From Paraspadella gotoi (lineage: Eukaryota; Animalia; Chaetognatha): DNA of 64,000 bases. Positions 1 through 13,857 of this stretch are shown one piece after another. The position numbers and the translations under genes were made by a program. Positions within the stretch are counted from its first letter, which is position 1; every line of letters begins with the position of its first letter. The notes under the pieces were generated by a model that was not told the DNA's origin, did no database searches, and was given only the letters and a program-made list of their open reading frames with translations. The DNA lies in assembly GCA_051294375.1 (NCBI GenBank), contig CM119263.1, positions 6,296,932-6,360,931 on the forward strand. Reading direction: 5' to 3'.

Positions 1-2153
1 AATTTTCGACGATTTAAAAGGAAAAACAAAACAACGCGAACGATTTTGATAATTAACGAAGTATGCCAGAGAAAATTGAGGGATCAAAGTTTAGGCAAAA
101 AAGATTTAAAAAAAAAAACAAAACAAAACCTACTGACTCGGTCTCATTATGCTTACTTTATCGTACCTTATTTAACCAAGCGTCGCTGTATTTATAATTA
201 ACGTACTAACTAAAATTATTTTCCCCGCAAAATCGATTTTGAGACCTCCCGAAAGAAGTTGAGAACAAAAAAAAATAAACTTTTAAATACGGATGACTGA
301 GGATGGAATCGGAAACTAAACAACAACAAAAAATCCTTAACCTTCCGACCACAATCGCGACGAATATAATTAGAGTTTCATATTTTTCCTCTTCATTCTT
401 TCCTCATCTTAGCAAAAGTTATTTCCCAGAGGCTTCTCCTCCGATCCCTCCCCCCTCCCCCTCCCCCCAAACAACCCCCGTTTCGATCGCTGCCTCCGTC
501 ACTCGATGTAATTTTGTTCGACTAAAACCATAGCGAGTTTCCGCTTCGTTCTCTCGCTAAATCCCTCGCAGCTGCTACGCCCTCTTTTTTTCCTCAGTTT
601 CCTTTATACATTTTTGCCCTTTTTTTTTTGGTGCCCGCAGACGAGGAGAAAGTTGGAAAATTTCAGCCGCCTCCACATCCGGTTGGAATCGAAAACCCGG
701 AACCGACGACGGGGAAAATTGCGATCGTCGTTAAAATTAAATTGGCGAGTAAACGAATGAAATAAAATAAACCAAAAAAGACAAAAAAATGTGAGTAAAG
801 CGACTGGGATTGCTTCAAGTAAAACGCAGATCAATCAAATCCGTTATTTAAAAACCTCCTATATTTATATTTTAGTCAATCAATCACTCCCACCGCAACG
901 CAGATTTTCTTCCCGGACGAGGGCGTAGCATTCAACGTGTCGCGTCGCCTCCGCGTTCCGGAAGTAAGGAGCGAGGGCGGTGAGCAGTGCGGCGGCTGCG
1001 GCGGCGGCCGCGCGGAGCGACGCCCACGCTCTCTTAAGGCGGCGTCCCAAGGATACGCCTATCCAAAAGAGCGCAGCGCGCCTAACCAAAACAACGAAGC
1101 CTAGAATCATCGCGGATTCGCGCTAAATTATCGATTTAATTCGGTGTCGTAAAAGCGCGGATAATGAAGCGCGGTAATTGGGGGGGAAGTTACTTTGAGA
1201 AATTAAGTGCTCGGAGTAAATTCTGACGCGTGTGGATTGATAATTTTTGACTAGGGCATTTTTACGGGCTGTGATATTCTTTAAATATTAAAAAATGACA
1301 TTTGATGATTAATATCTTCAGTACATTTTTTAGGTTTTCTTCGAATTAACGTTAGTAAATTTATTAAATTCTAAAAAATATTTCGACAAAAATTATTGTA
1401 GAGACTCTTAGCACAGATTGTTACTAGTAAGTTTTTAATATTGATAAAGGCTACTTTACTTTGCTACGCTTTCTCTGTATTTTTTTATGATGAATAGATA
1501 AATCGTTTTATTCCATATAACCGTTATCATTTCTTCATAAGCAAATATATTGCAACAATACGAACATAAATAAAACGTTTTAAAATTTTATCACAAGGCA
1601 ATTTATGCAATTTTATGCAATTTTCCTGTTACAAACAGTTTCATAGTATTGTATTCTAAATTGTAAATGGCAAGCGTGAGCACTGCGAGAGAGAGAGAAA
1701 GAGACGAGAGAGAGGCGAGAGAAGAGAAGAGAGAGAGAGAGAGAGAGAGAGATGCGAAAGAGAGAGGCCGTCATCGCTCTGGTTACGGTCAAGTTTAAAA
1801 CGACAATATTGAAAACCTGAAATACTCAAATAGAAAAAATAAAGGTTTCGCTCGTGGTTTTGTTTTGTTTTTTAAACGACGATCGCTTTCGCAAATAATG
1901 AACATTTAAAAAAACATTTAAACAGAAAAAAAAAGGTTCAAAAAGTGAAGTACGAATTGTTCTCTTTTTCTTTTCAAAGAAAAGACGAATGAAAGCGTTT
2001 CGGCAGTTCGAAGCTAAGTTAATTTTAGAATTTAGATAGAAGTATTGATAGTTGATTAAAATGACAAAGTTGGAAAGATTGATGATGATGATGACGACGA
2101 TTCTGTAGCCGTTGACAAATAATCAGAGAAAAGCCTGTCTGCTAAATCATCAA

Positions 2154-2158
<5 letters not shown>

Positions 2159-2230
<72 letters not shown>
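2159..2230. repeat. (GA)n microsatellite
   Basis: Perfect GA run; others at ~2831-2900, 11787-11853, 13518-13551, 15556-15610, 50381-50416, 54718-54839, 58786-58875, 59036-59141, 59292-59410 and 61486-61558. Confidence 0.98.
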
Positions 2231-2234
<4 letters not shown>

Positions 2235-2828
2235 AATTGGATGACGAATGAAACGCGGTCTTGTTTGTGAATATTGTGAATCCATCACCACGAAAAATCA
2301 AATAAAAAAGGTCCGAAAAATGGACGTAAGCCTCGGCCGCTCACGGACGACCATAAGTGGGGGGGGGCGTGGTTTGAAGAGGATAAGGAAAGAAGAGAGG
2401 AAGAAGCAGGGAATAGAGAAGGGACAGGGAATGGGAAGGAAGAGGAGGAAGGGACGAGGAAAAGGAGGGAAAAAAATAAGAGAAAGAAGGAGAGAGAAAA
2501 AATTAAATGTGTGAGAAAAACGCAGGAATGCGAAAAAAAAACTTTTAAAAGTAAAACTAATTCAATTTAAAAAAAAAAGTCGAAAAATCCCTGGAACGAT
2601 TTGAAAAAAAAGAAGCTTGGAATGTATAAAGGGGAAAAAAGAGAAGGGGAAAATGGGAAATCTTGACTATCTGACGGTGAGATGTTTCTGTTATTGGTTT
2701 TTGCAGATGGTCTTTCATTGTCGTCGTTGCTGTCGTCGTGGAGCTGTCGGAATGTTTAGAGAGCTGGGGAAAGGAGGGGGGAGGAGGGAGGGGGAAGGAG
2801 GAAGAGAGCAGAAGGGGAAAGGGGAAGG

Positions 2829-2902
<74 letters not shown>

Positions 2903-3507
2903 GAACGATGGCGAAACGTGTCTCTCACTTCGCAAAAAAAAAGTGACTCGGTTAAATTTTTTTCTGGGTCACGTGACATCCTTGTCGAGGCAACGTTTCC
3001 TGAAACGCGACGCCAATTCAGTGAGCGGGAGTCAAAGCGAGACGGAGAGCGAGACGGTGAGAGCGACGGCCGGGATTTCTTTTCTTTTTAGAAAAAAATG
3101 AAAGATTCTTTTTTGAGGTTTTGATTGGTCGTCGCGTTATCGTTTTCTTCGCCAAATCGCGTCGTGATTGGCCGCGATTGGCTCGAGGGAAAAGGCGGAG
3201 GTTTCGATCTCTGGCGATCGAGAAGAAAAAGCGGGTGACGCCTTTTTGAGATACGAGAAGGGATGTAAGGAAATCAAGAGAGGATCAGATTGGATTCGAT
3301 TGGGGATCAGAAGAGGGGATTCCATTTGGGATCAAAAGAGATGATTGACGGAGAGAGACGAGCATGATCCTAGATCGGATGCGAGGAAGGGCGGGGGGGG
3401 GGGCAATCGTAAAATGGAGAATCCCTTTATCTCCCTGAAGCAGTTTGCCAGTTTCTCATCCTCATCTTCCCTCTCCATCTCCATCTCTCTCGTTCCCTCT
3501 CCATCTC

Positions 3508-6500
3508 TCAATCCATTTCGTGGCTCCAATGAGTCCACTTCCTCGGAAAGGGCAGAGGCCAACGGAACTCCTTGGGCACGACCCCGTCGACGTTGGCCTC
3601 GAGCCAGGCGACGGGCCAGAACCATATGACCCGGTTGTTGGGGTTGTCCGGGTCGGAGCGACGCAGGGTCGGAATGCGCGCCGAGGATCGAGGGACGAAG
3701 TCGGAGTAGCAGAGCGTCGTGACCAGGTTGGCGTTCTCGTCGCTCTTCTTCCCCGCCGCCGCTATGGCGTGGTAAGTCCAGAAGATTCTGGAAAGGAATG
3801 GGTGGGTTGGGAAAAGGGTTGGGGCGATAGGGGAGGGGATTTGGGGGAGATAGAGTTACAAACCGTTGGTCGAGTTAGTCGAGTTCCCTTGCGACCGAAT
3901 TTGTAAGAAGATCGAGTCACCACGTCCGTCGTAAAAACAAAATACATTTTTGTTGAAACGGAACCCCTAACGGCATTAGGTAAGATTTCACTTACCCCGG
4001 GGCATTACAGACGGTCCTTTCGTTTCCATACGTTCTTAATTAGAGTTGTCAATTAGACAAGACGAGTGACTTCAAATAGTAGAGAAAATTTTTTAATAAA
4101 GTATATCTTTTAAAATTTTCATATTATTTCATTTTTATATTACCGAGTAATTTTCTTACAATTAATTATTCAATCGGTTTTCCTACATTCTTTTCTTCCT
4201 CGTTCACTCTCCTTCACGTTTTTCTATATTTAACTAATTCCCACTGAGGCACTGACCCTTATCCAATGTATCCATTTTCTCGCCTCTATTCCCGCCGATC
4301 CTTTTTCCACCTCATCCTCTCTCTCCCCCCCAAACCCCCCCCCCTGGGTTCTCTCCGCCAACGAGCCGCACGTTTCACTTATTTCCGTTTTCCATTTCTT
4401 CCTCTCGATTTATCTTCTCTGTCGTTGCTCTCGACGGATTTAGATTTGCGCGCGAGTACCGTCAGTGCAACGACGACAACTAAATAGAACAACAACAACG
4501 ACGACGACCGAATAGAAAAACCGGGAAATGAGTGACGTTGCCAACGCGCGGCTTCGCTACGACCACGACGACAATAAATTAACTCGCGACGAAAAAAGAA
4601 AAATGGCCTTTAAATTTTAATGAGGATAAAACAACAGATCATCCCACGACGACGACGAAGACGGCGACGATGATGAAGACGACAACGAAGAAGGGCAATT
4701 AAGCCTCTCCCGCCCCCTCCACTTTTCTTAGGAAAAAAAAAAAAATATTCTGTCAAGGGCGCGAAAAACAAAAGGCAAAGCCAAGGACGTAATGTTCTTT
4801 CGGAAAAATGAGATACAATCAATGAATTCTAAAAATAAACTATTATTAAACGCAAATAAAAGGATAGTTAACAAATACTTTGCAATACTAAGAAAAGCTT
4901 TAAAGTTTTAGCTTTTTCCCCTCTTCAAGTTATTCGTCGACGAGACTCTCGATCGCGAATTTAGGAAACTTGAAATTAAGATGTGGAATTCTCAGCCTTC
5001 TCCACCTACGGCTACGCTCGTGTTGGCCACAGGAAACGCCAAGACAAAACTAGTAAGATAAGACTTCTATCAAAATATAAGGGAAATAATCTAAACTGTT
5101 ACAATATGTAAATGAGATGGAATAACTCATACGAAACGAACCACAAGTTACTCTGCTACAAAAATACCAGACAAAAAAAAAAGGGTTTTTTTTTGTTAAA
5201 TTACTGGTTGGAAAGTAAAGGACAGTAAACGACAGAGGATGACTCACCTTGTGGTGATGTAGTAAGCGACGACGCAGTCCAACGTATAGTGATCCTTCGC
5301 CAAAAGGATAAAAAGCGATTCCATTAAGGAAATGAAGAGCGCGAACATTTGAACGGCCAAAACCGCTTCGGGAAATACCTGCCGAGAATAATATATAATA
5401 ATCAAAAATTAAACTACTGAATCGTCAGAAAAGAATTTTTTACGCGGCTCACCGGCTTTCCCTCTTTTTTTTGGCACTTTCTTTTACTTCCTTTCACCGA
5501 TGACGTCAGAACTTCTGATATATCTAGACATCGATACATATTGCGCAATTTTTTTAAAAACAAGAACGGTAATTCCAATGCGTTGCGCCGCAGTAACTTT
5601 TTTCACGTGTATTTTCCTTTTGATCACATAAGTAAGCGGGATAGACGGACAGACATAACGACGGACCGACTGATCGAAAAGCGAGTACTCGGGGGCAACT
5701 AAAAATCATTTTCTATTCAGCTCTGGTTTACTCAAATGGATTTTGCTGATTACTTTTATTTAAAACAATTGGCTTTGAACGGTGTCTTGTTTTCAAATCT
5801 GACCTCAAGATCATTACTTTGACATTTTAACTTTCGAGGCAAAAATGTGAACAATGTCTGAGCGAGTTAATTTAACTATCACGAGGATTTTGTGAACATT
5901 AATCGGGATGCGTTTCTTCGTCCTCTTATTCATAATCAAGAGAAAAAATGTTGTTCAGAGTTATGAGGCAATTCTGCCTCAAAACCGCCTCAGTTATTAT
6001 TTTATTGGATATTATTAAAATTAATTTTTCGCGAAAGTCAAACGACTGTTTTCTTCTCGGAAGCCTTATCCATATTATTTTAATCTTTTAGAAAAAAAAT
6101 CGGGTTTTCCATTTAAATTCTTTTCAAGGGACACCCCCCCCCTTTCTCCTCTTATCAATTTTGCAGCAGTCGGTGTTTTGTGAGTCGAAGCGAAAACAAA
6201 ATGGAGACGCACACACACACACACTCTCTCTCTGTCGTTTTTTCTATCTCTTTCTCTCTTTATCTCAATGTGTTTTTTTTTCTCGCCTTTCTCTTTCTTA
6301 CTTTACCTCCCTTTCCTTTTTTTATAGTTGTTCTTCTTCTCTCTCTCTCGCTCTCCTCTTTGTGCATGCTTTAACTCTCCTCTCGTTTTTCCTCTTTCTA
6401 TCTTTCTCACTCTCTCTCTCTCTCTCGCTATCTCGCTATCTAAAAAAAAACAAAAAAACTCGACCAGCGTCACTAGAGCAACTTGACGCGAGGAGAAGAG

Positions 6501-9500
6501 ATGGAGTGATTTCAAGATTAGCGCTTCCATCGGAAAAACGTGACTTGGCTCTGATTCCACTGCGCTTGCGTCATAGGATAGAAAATGGAAAAGAAAAGTT
6601 GAAGTATCGATGAAACGTGATTCGATATTAATAACCAAATCCGTTAGTGAGATGAAAGAGGAAAACCTTTGGGCTCTCTTTTACAAAAGCGACCAATTCT
6701 CGTTCCTTAATCCCTGAATTTTATTTTAATCTTAATATTTAATCATAATGTACTACCAAACCTTTAACCCAATCACTAATCTTAATCCCTCACCCTTCTT
6801 AAAAACTAACCGAATTCCGAATTAAGAAAAATGGAATTTACTCACTCGTTGATGAGCAAGTAGGCCATGAGCAGCATTGAGGTGTGACCCGAGTAGACCC
6901 AATCGCCGCAAGTATGCAGTACGCCGGCGGTGGAGAGGCCCATGCCGAGAATGTACTTGATTGAGCGAAGCATCACCGCCACGAACGTTCCTACGGTGTA
7001 AAAGTGTCAAGCGTTTGTGTACTAAATTATGTAAATATTAGTAATTGTTTCTTGGATCAATGGTATTAAATAAAAAAAATTAAAAAGAAATGTTTATGGT
7101 TTTGGGGTTTTTAGTTTTTTTCTTAAAAAAAATTCAATTGAAAAAAGTCAAGAAAAAATGAGAGAGAGAGAGNNNNNNNNNNAGAGAGAGAGAAAGAGAG
7201 GGTTTAAAAATCGATTTTCGTTTTGAAAAACCAATTCAATGGTTTCTCAAAAATCAAAATAAAAAATCGAGACGCCAACAACTGTCGAAATTTAAATTTG
7301 AAAAATAAAAAAAAAATGTTTAAATAAGTCCGCCGCCTCTTATGCAAACAAAAAATACACACAATAAAAACCTCAGATAAATTAAAAAAATATATTTAAA
7401 TCATAATACTTTCGACAACGTGGCACCGCTGCAAAGAGGAACGGATTTTTGCACTGCGAGGGCAACCCGCGATATGCTGAATAATGCGGGCAAAAATTGA
7501 TCACTTTCTTTCATTAGGAGTTCTGTAATATAAAATTTATTTGTCCATCATATACTTAATCAATATTTACTATCACCTTTTTAACTAATGAAGCACAGTA
7601 TAACATTGAAGCATTTAAATATTTATAAATGCTTTAGCTAATTTTTAAGATAAAAAGATAGATAATTTGATAATTTTAAAAAGTTGCAAGCACTTATTGA
7701 TTGATTCTTCAAAAAAACAAAGATAGAAAAAAATTAGTAGCACATAGGGGACTAATTTGTACTATAGTGCTAAATTCTGTAAAAAAGTTAAAAAAATTTG
7801 CTAAGTCCTAATATAATAAGCAGTGAAAAAAATAATTTAAAAATAATTCTTTTTTAAGGAGGGATTCAGATAGCTCATAAAAAGTTGTCAACACAAAGTA
7901 TAATTCGTTTTTCAATATTTCGATGATAAGTGGGCTCAATGAGGGAAAAACTCTTCAAAATCATCATCATCATCATGTCATAATTTTTATAATTTTTGCT
8001 TATTTTAACCGATAAAACATAAAAATTTAATAATACTCTAACGTTATTTATATTCCAGAACTCTTAGTTTTTACCTTGTTCCGCCTTAATGCTTAAAGGG
8101 TTATAAGTGTGCGGGCTTTGACCTTTATAACCGGATAATTTTTTTTTAAGTTTTTGTCGGTGATTTAACAATATAGTTTTTCGTTTCCAACGTCACGTTT
8201 TGTGTCAGTTTTAAATGACACTTGCCTCCCACTTCGAAAAAAAAAGAAATTCGATTTTCTCATCGAATGATTTAAAAGTCAGTTTTTCAGTTTGTTGTTG
8301 TTTTTGTTTGTTTTTTTTTTACTTCAATTATCTCTTACCGTCCGTTTTGGGAGCGCAGGTAAAGGATGGATTAGCAACGGGGAGACTGGTAACGATCATA
8401 GTGATCGAACGAAAGAGATACAAGAGTCCTGTGATGAAGAATTGGCGACGGAGCAGCACCCATTTGTGATGATGCAAGAAGACCATCACGAACCAGAACA
8501 CGAATAAACCTGGAAAAAAGATATAAGATCATTTGAAGACCCGCTCGTGAAACATAAAAGATTGGCGCATAGTCTGACGCATTAACAGCAATCATGAGCC
8601 TTCAAAGCTTGTTCAGGCCTTTCTTATAAAACTTTCGCCTCAAACTCCTAATAGGAGTCCTTCAGGTCTTAAATATTAGCCCCTAAAGTTTAGAGCTCAT
8701 TGACATTGTGAAACATTAAATATGTTTAGGCCTCTGAAAATCCACCCATTAAGCAATACTTGAAGAATGAAGATCCAGCAGGACTGTATCACTCATTCAA
8801 CTGTAAATGGAGGCCTCAAAGACCTTCACACTCACCCATGAAGCAGTACTCGGAGGCCTTGAAGGCCCAATGCTGCTCCTCCACGTTGTCGAGGACGACG
8901 TCGGGCAAGGCGGTCTCGTTGACGGGGTAGCGATCGTGGGCGAGCGTGGTCATGAACCCCGTGATCGTCAGACAGCAGCACGACCAAAAGAAGGTCAACA
9001 ACGCCTTCAGAGGCTCCGCCGGGAATCGCTCGAAGCTGCGTTCTGGAAATTAGGAATAAGGTTTGTCGTTTGATACTGCCAGGATGCTTCTTAGAGGCGA
9101 GACTTAATTTTTGAAAATAGATCGTTTCGAAGTTAATTACGTAACGAATCCTTTGGTAATTTCGAATAAAACGTTCCTCCTTACCTTTCGGTTATATAAT
9201 ATATAATCATAAAATACCTTCTATTTCTTATTTATCAAACTCTTTACCTTTGTCACCGCAATTGCTTTTGCTTACGATCGCTCAAAACCTATTTTCAACA
9301 CAAAATTGGGTGCGACCTTTTTTAGTAGTCAATTTACGACCAAAAAAACCTGGAGCGAAAAGCCGAGACTCGATCTATCAATAATGAAATTCGCCAAATT
9401 AGAATTGCATACCCTCGAGATAATTCTGTGATAATACTTTTGCCGACTAGAATTTTGGCTCATTTTGAACAATATTAAAAATATTTATAACCTAACTCTA

Positions 9501-9792
9501 AATTACTCTTAAATCACCCCTAAATTACTCCTAACCCAAGTTGGCGAAAGTAAAATTATGCCCCAATATTTTTAGATTTTCAATAAAATCGTTCAAATTC
9601 GTACGCCTTTCACTCCCACATCAAATTCATTCTGATTCAACATCCCCAACCCAATCTTAACTTACCCTGGGAATGGTGCAGCTGCGAGTATTCGTCGACG
9701 TCGTCCCGGTCGTCCATATTGATCTCCGTGTCTTGATTCCCTGAATGATCGGGAATCGATTCGTAGTCTTTCATTTTGGTCAAAGGGATCAT
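3508..9792 (-). CDS. SGMS: Sphingomyelin synthase family protein (phosphatidylcholine:ceramide cholinephosphotransferase), ~353 aa, no SAM domain; 6 coding exons
   Basis: GT-AG exons 9792-9666, 9042-8836, 8509-8339, 6990-6846, 5378-5248, 3787-3508. They read HDRYP..LPD, RRQFFITGLLYLFRSITMIVTSLP..CAPK, CGDWVYSGHT (D3 motif), HYTLDCVVAYYITTRIFWTYH (D4 motif) and WLEANVDGVVPKEFRWP. Exon 5 is 131 nt, 1 nt short of frame, so there is an apparent frameshift near 5350-5362. Confidence 0.93.
7173..7182. other. Assembly gap (10 N) within a (GA)n repeat
   Basis: N run. Confidence 0.99.
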
Positions 9793-10107
9793 AGTTTCGG
9801 CGGACTCGTGGTAACTGACACCCTCCGCCCGGCAGATTTTTAAACGATTTACTTTTTTTTACATTTTTATAAATTTTAGTCAAAAAAAATATTTGAAAGG
9901 AATTTTTCCCCCGACGAAAATCTGTTTTGACGAGTTGAACTCTCGTCGTATAAATCCGGCACTCGAAAGCCAAAAAAAAAATCGTGAGCCGCTGTAATCG
10001 AATTACGAGACTAATCGAAGGGCGGTACGCACCGTCGGCAGCGGACGCCGCGCCGGCCGTTCCGAGCAGCGCCGGTGCAGCGCCAGCCCCCGGTTTCGCT
10101 CACTTAC

Positions 10108-10196
10108 CTCTGACGGGGTTGAGTTCGACGGGCTCCGTCGCTCCGTGGGACGAGTAAGTTAAGGGTTCCGCCTCCGTCGGTCGCGGCGGCCGACCT
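10108..10196 (-). other. Probable 5'UTR exon of the sphingomyelin synthase gene
   Basis: GC-rich block bounded on the minus strand by ttttgtacacag| and |gtaagtgag, just upstream of the first coding exon; boundaries approximate. Confidence 0.45.
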
Positions 10197-11784
10197 GTGT
10201 ACAAAACGATTAACAATTGAAGAATTAAATGTCAAATTGACGTCGGTAAATAACCTGGGGCCATATTTTATTGGATAAAGTTTCTCATAAATTTTTATGC
10301 ACTATTATATACTATTTGAGCATGCTCATACGAATACGAGTACGAGTTTTTTTAATTATAACTATAAGTTATTTAAAAAAAATATATAACACTAAATATA
10401 ACACTAACGTCCCCATCCCAAACAGAGAAATAATATTTTATTTAAATATTTAACACAAAAAATATTCTAACAAAAAAAAATCATGTTATTTTTAAATCTA
10501 ATAAAAAAAAATAAATAAAGATAATGAAACAAGTAATTTTCTAACTTTTATAATCAAACTTCTCGTTTTGGTGAAGTAAAAATTTTTAAATACTTTTATA
10601 AATCCGATTCAGTGTTAATAGCAGATAATATAAGCAAGAAAGAAATACAAAATGGACTTTTGTCTTGCTCACAGTAAAAATATCTGTGTTAAATTTGGTA
10701 GAACTTTAAAGTGAACTGGGGGTGTATGTAAATTTCCTTTGTTACTGAAAATTAGGACACAATAAATTATGGTTTTCCCTGCCTGCGAAATTAGGAAAAA
10801 ACGTCCGCTCCAGACGCTTCTTCGCAGGCATCAACCGCCTTTGAATTTGCATATAGACAATTAGACTTTAAATAACAAAATTTCCCTTTTTTTTAGTTTT
10901 CCAAAATATTCGTCGAATAATTTGGGAGAAAGATTGAATCGCGAGGTTCAAAGTTCGGTTCCGATCGTCAGTCATCAATTCATTCACTTTTAATTTCGAA
11001 CATTCAATTTAATCCGAATATTTAAAATTCTTTCAAAATGGCGACCGTTAAACCGGAGCTGCGACTCTCGGGTAAGTTAAGGTAAGGGCGAAGTGAGCAA
11101 CCAAAAAAAAACAGGATCGACTAAAAACGAGAATTCGTCGTCAGCCACTTTTCGGACCGGTTTCGCCGCTCTGTTACGCCAAAATCGCTCATTCGTGACC
11201 TTTCTTTACTTTTCTTTCATTTGACTTATCATTCTCTTTCGTTTTGAAAGAACTTTTTTGATTTTAGAGGGAGTGTTGTTAAAAAAAATTAATAAGAGGC
11301 TTCCTGGCGAATAAATTAGAACGTTTGAGTTCTGAAAAAAAAAGATTTTTCGACAGACAATCTTGTTTTAAAAATGGTTTAAGTCAAAGTGACACTAGAT
11401 TTGTTTAAAGACTATTTCGTTTTTTTACTAAAATGTAATATAATATAATATAATATTTTAAAAAAAGGTTAGTCAAACTCAAAGTGTTCCTAATTCAGTT
11501 ACTTTGTTCTAAAAAGGTGAGGCCTCATTGGTAAGTTAAAGTTTTATGCTTTGCCGTACCTTGATTCGATCCATGATTGTTTTGGACGGAGTTATTGGGC
11601 GTGGCCTCCGAATCTTTCACCCTCGGCGAGGACGTCATGCTGTCACAATGTCACACGGGGTTGATTGGTCAAGTTTGGTCAAGTTTGGTCCTAGGAGGAT
11701 TAGTCACAAGGAAAGGACGTCGTTGTTCCAGGAGAAACGACTAACCCGAGGATTGGTTCACTGGGGGAGCAAAAGATAATTTTT

Positions 11785-11856
<72 letters not shown>

Positions 11857-12164
11857 TTGATATTTCAAGGTTGCGTCCTTGAAAAGTCAACCATGAAAAT
11901 CTTTCGAGGCGCAACTTTTTCTTCTTCGTTTAATTATTAGGAAGTTCGATTCTTCTTTGAAGGAGAAGAAATCCTTTCGTTAAATCGTTAAAAGACGAAC
12001 TCACCCGAACTTTCTTTTCTTTTTTTTTTAAATCGAAAGGTGAGGCGAATTCCGAGATAAATTGAAAGAAAGCGGTGTGGTTATGTCAAGAACAAAAATA
12101 TTTGAGTGGGAAGATTCGAAAAAGAGAAAAAGCGAAAACTGCGAAACTGCGTTCATTACTTCTA

Positions 12165-12244
<80 letters not shown>
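12165..12244. repeat. (TAT)n microsatellite
   Basis: Perfect trinucleotide run; source of the poly-Leu and poly-Tyr pseudo-ORFs. Confidence 0.97.
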
Positions 12245-12247
<3 letters not shown>

Positions 12248-13512
12248 GATTTTTATTTATTATTATTATTGATTATTATTTATACGTACGTATTTAGAAT
12301 ATATAATCTCTCTCTCTCTCTCACACAAAGAATTTAGTCACAAATGTCCTTCATCATTCTTCATCTTACCGAAGCTTCTTTATTAGTTTCAAAAAAGTTA
12401 AACCTTTTTAATTAAAAAATTAATTTTAATTTGACGAAAAAAATTGTATTGTTGGGAACAAAGTTTCGTGATTCTCGATATAACTCTAATGCAGGTGTAA
12501 AAAAGTTGTAAACTAACAACCGACAGTTAGTATATACTATATTTATATATATAACTCACCCCAGCCTTTTTTTCCCTCGTCAGTTTTGGTCCCAAAAGTT
12601 GGCGCCGAGAAATCGTTGACCGGAAACTCGCCACGCCCTCGCAACGCCTTTCGCTAGAGGGCGCCGACCCTTTGTCGCGTCGAGTGGAAAGAAACGACGA
12701 TGACGAAGATGACAAACGACGATGACGAAGATGACAAACGATGATGATGACGAGTTCGTCGTCGCTGGTTGGCGTCGTTTATTCCCGACCCGAGAGTCGT
12801 TATCGTAAATCGAGTTTCATCGTTTCAACGTAATAGATTTTTCCCTCCCCCCCCCCAGCCGATCGGTTTCATCGCCGTTCATCGCGAGAAAAGAAATGGA
12901 ACATGAATTTTTTATTTTAATGTTTACGTTTGGCAAAGCGGCAGAGTGGATTCCCCAGAGAAATCGAAGAGCTGGAATCGAAAAACCCGGCGAACCACGT
13001 GGCACGATGTTGTTGTTGTCGTTGTCGTCGTTGTGATTAATACGAATCGATTGGATGACAATCGATCTTTGTACTGAATGAACTCGATCTCTCGATGCTA
13101 TTCCTCCTCTTCCTCGCTTTGAGTTGGTAGATTTTAGATTTTATTTCCTTGAGATTTAAAAAAAAAAAAAAAAAAAAGAGTATATTTCAAATTTTCAAAT
13201 CGTAATAAAGTTTTATGTCGTGAGAATCGAAGCTTTTTAATTTTATTTCTTCAATTTTCTTTTTAAAGTTTCGTTTGTGAAGTCAAGGAGAGTTTTATTC
13301 GCAATCAAATTTCGACATTCTTAAGATCTAAGGCTTGGAATGTGTTTTGAGAAATTACACCGCGATCCACATTTTTCTAGAATTTCAAGTCTCCGCCCGT
13401 TTTATTTTTTTTAAATCTGTTGTGGGTTAAAAAAACATCGGATTTTGTGGGCGAAATGATTTTTCAAAGGATGAATCATATCTGAAAGTCAATATGATTC
13501 ATTCCACACACG

Positions 13513-13556
<44 letters not shown>

Positions 13557-13814
13557 GAAACAGATCGGATTAAACTTCCCCTTTAATTGAGAAGATTCGT
13601 GATTTTCACTTTTATGATCACTTTGCCTCAGTGCCTTTCACTTTAGCCAGAAATAGGAAGGCAGAAAACAAATTGGTAAAAAGTTCCACAGAATCAACAG
13701 TTGACCAGTGAAGTCAGAGAATGGAACTGAGCGGGAACCAATGGGGTCGACTGTCGAGATCGGAATGAAATTATTTGAATGTCGGCAGTTTGGTTGAATC
13801 TTGTTAAGAGGGAG

Positions 13815-13857
<43 letters not shown>

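Noticed and set aside
2056-3091. ORFs rich in SLSLSL or ERERER (also at 54.7-59.6 kb)
   Set aside because: Translations of (GA)n/(TC)n microsatellites
12062-12337. Poly-Leu and poly-Tyr ORFs
   Set aside because: Produced by the (TAT)n repeat
12692-12751. 22-bp tandem repeat (aaacgacgatgacgaagatgac) as a CRISPR-like array
   Set aside because: Head-to-tail copies without spacers, in eukaryotic DNA
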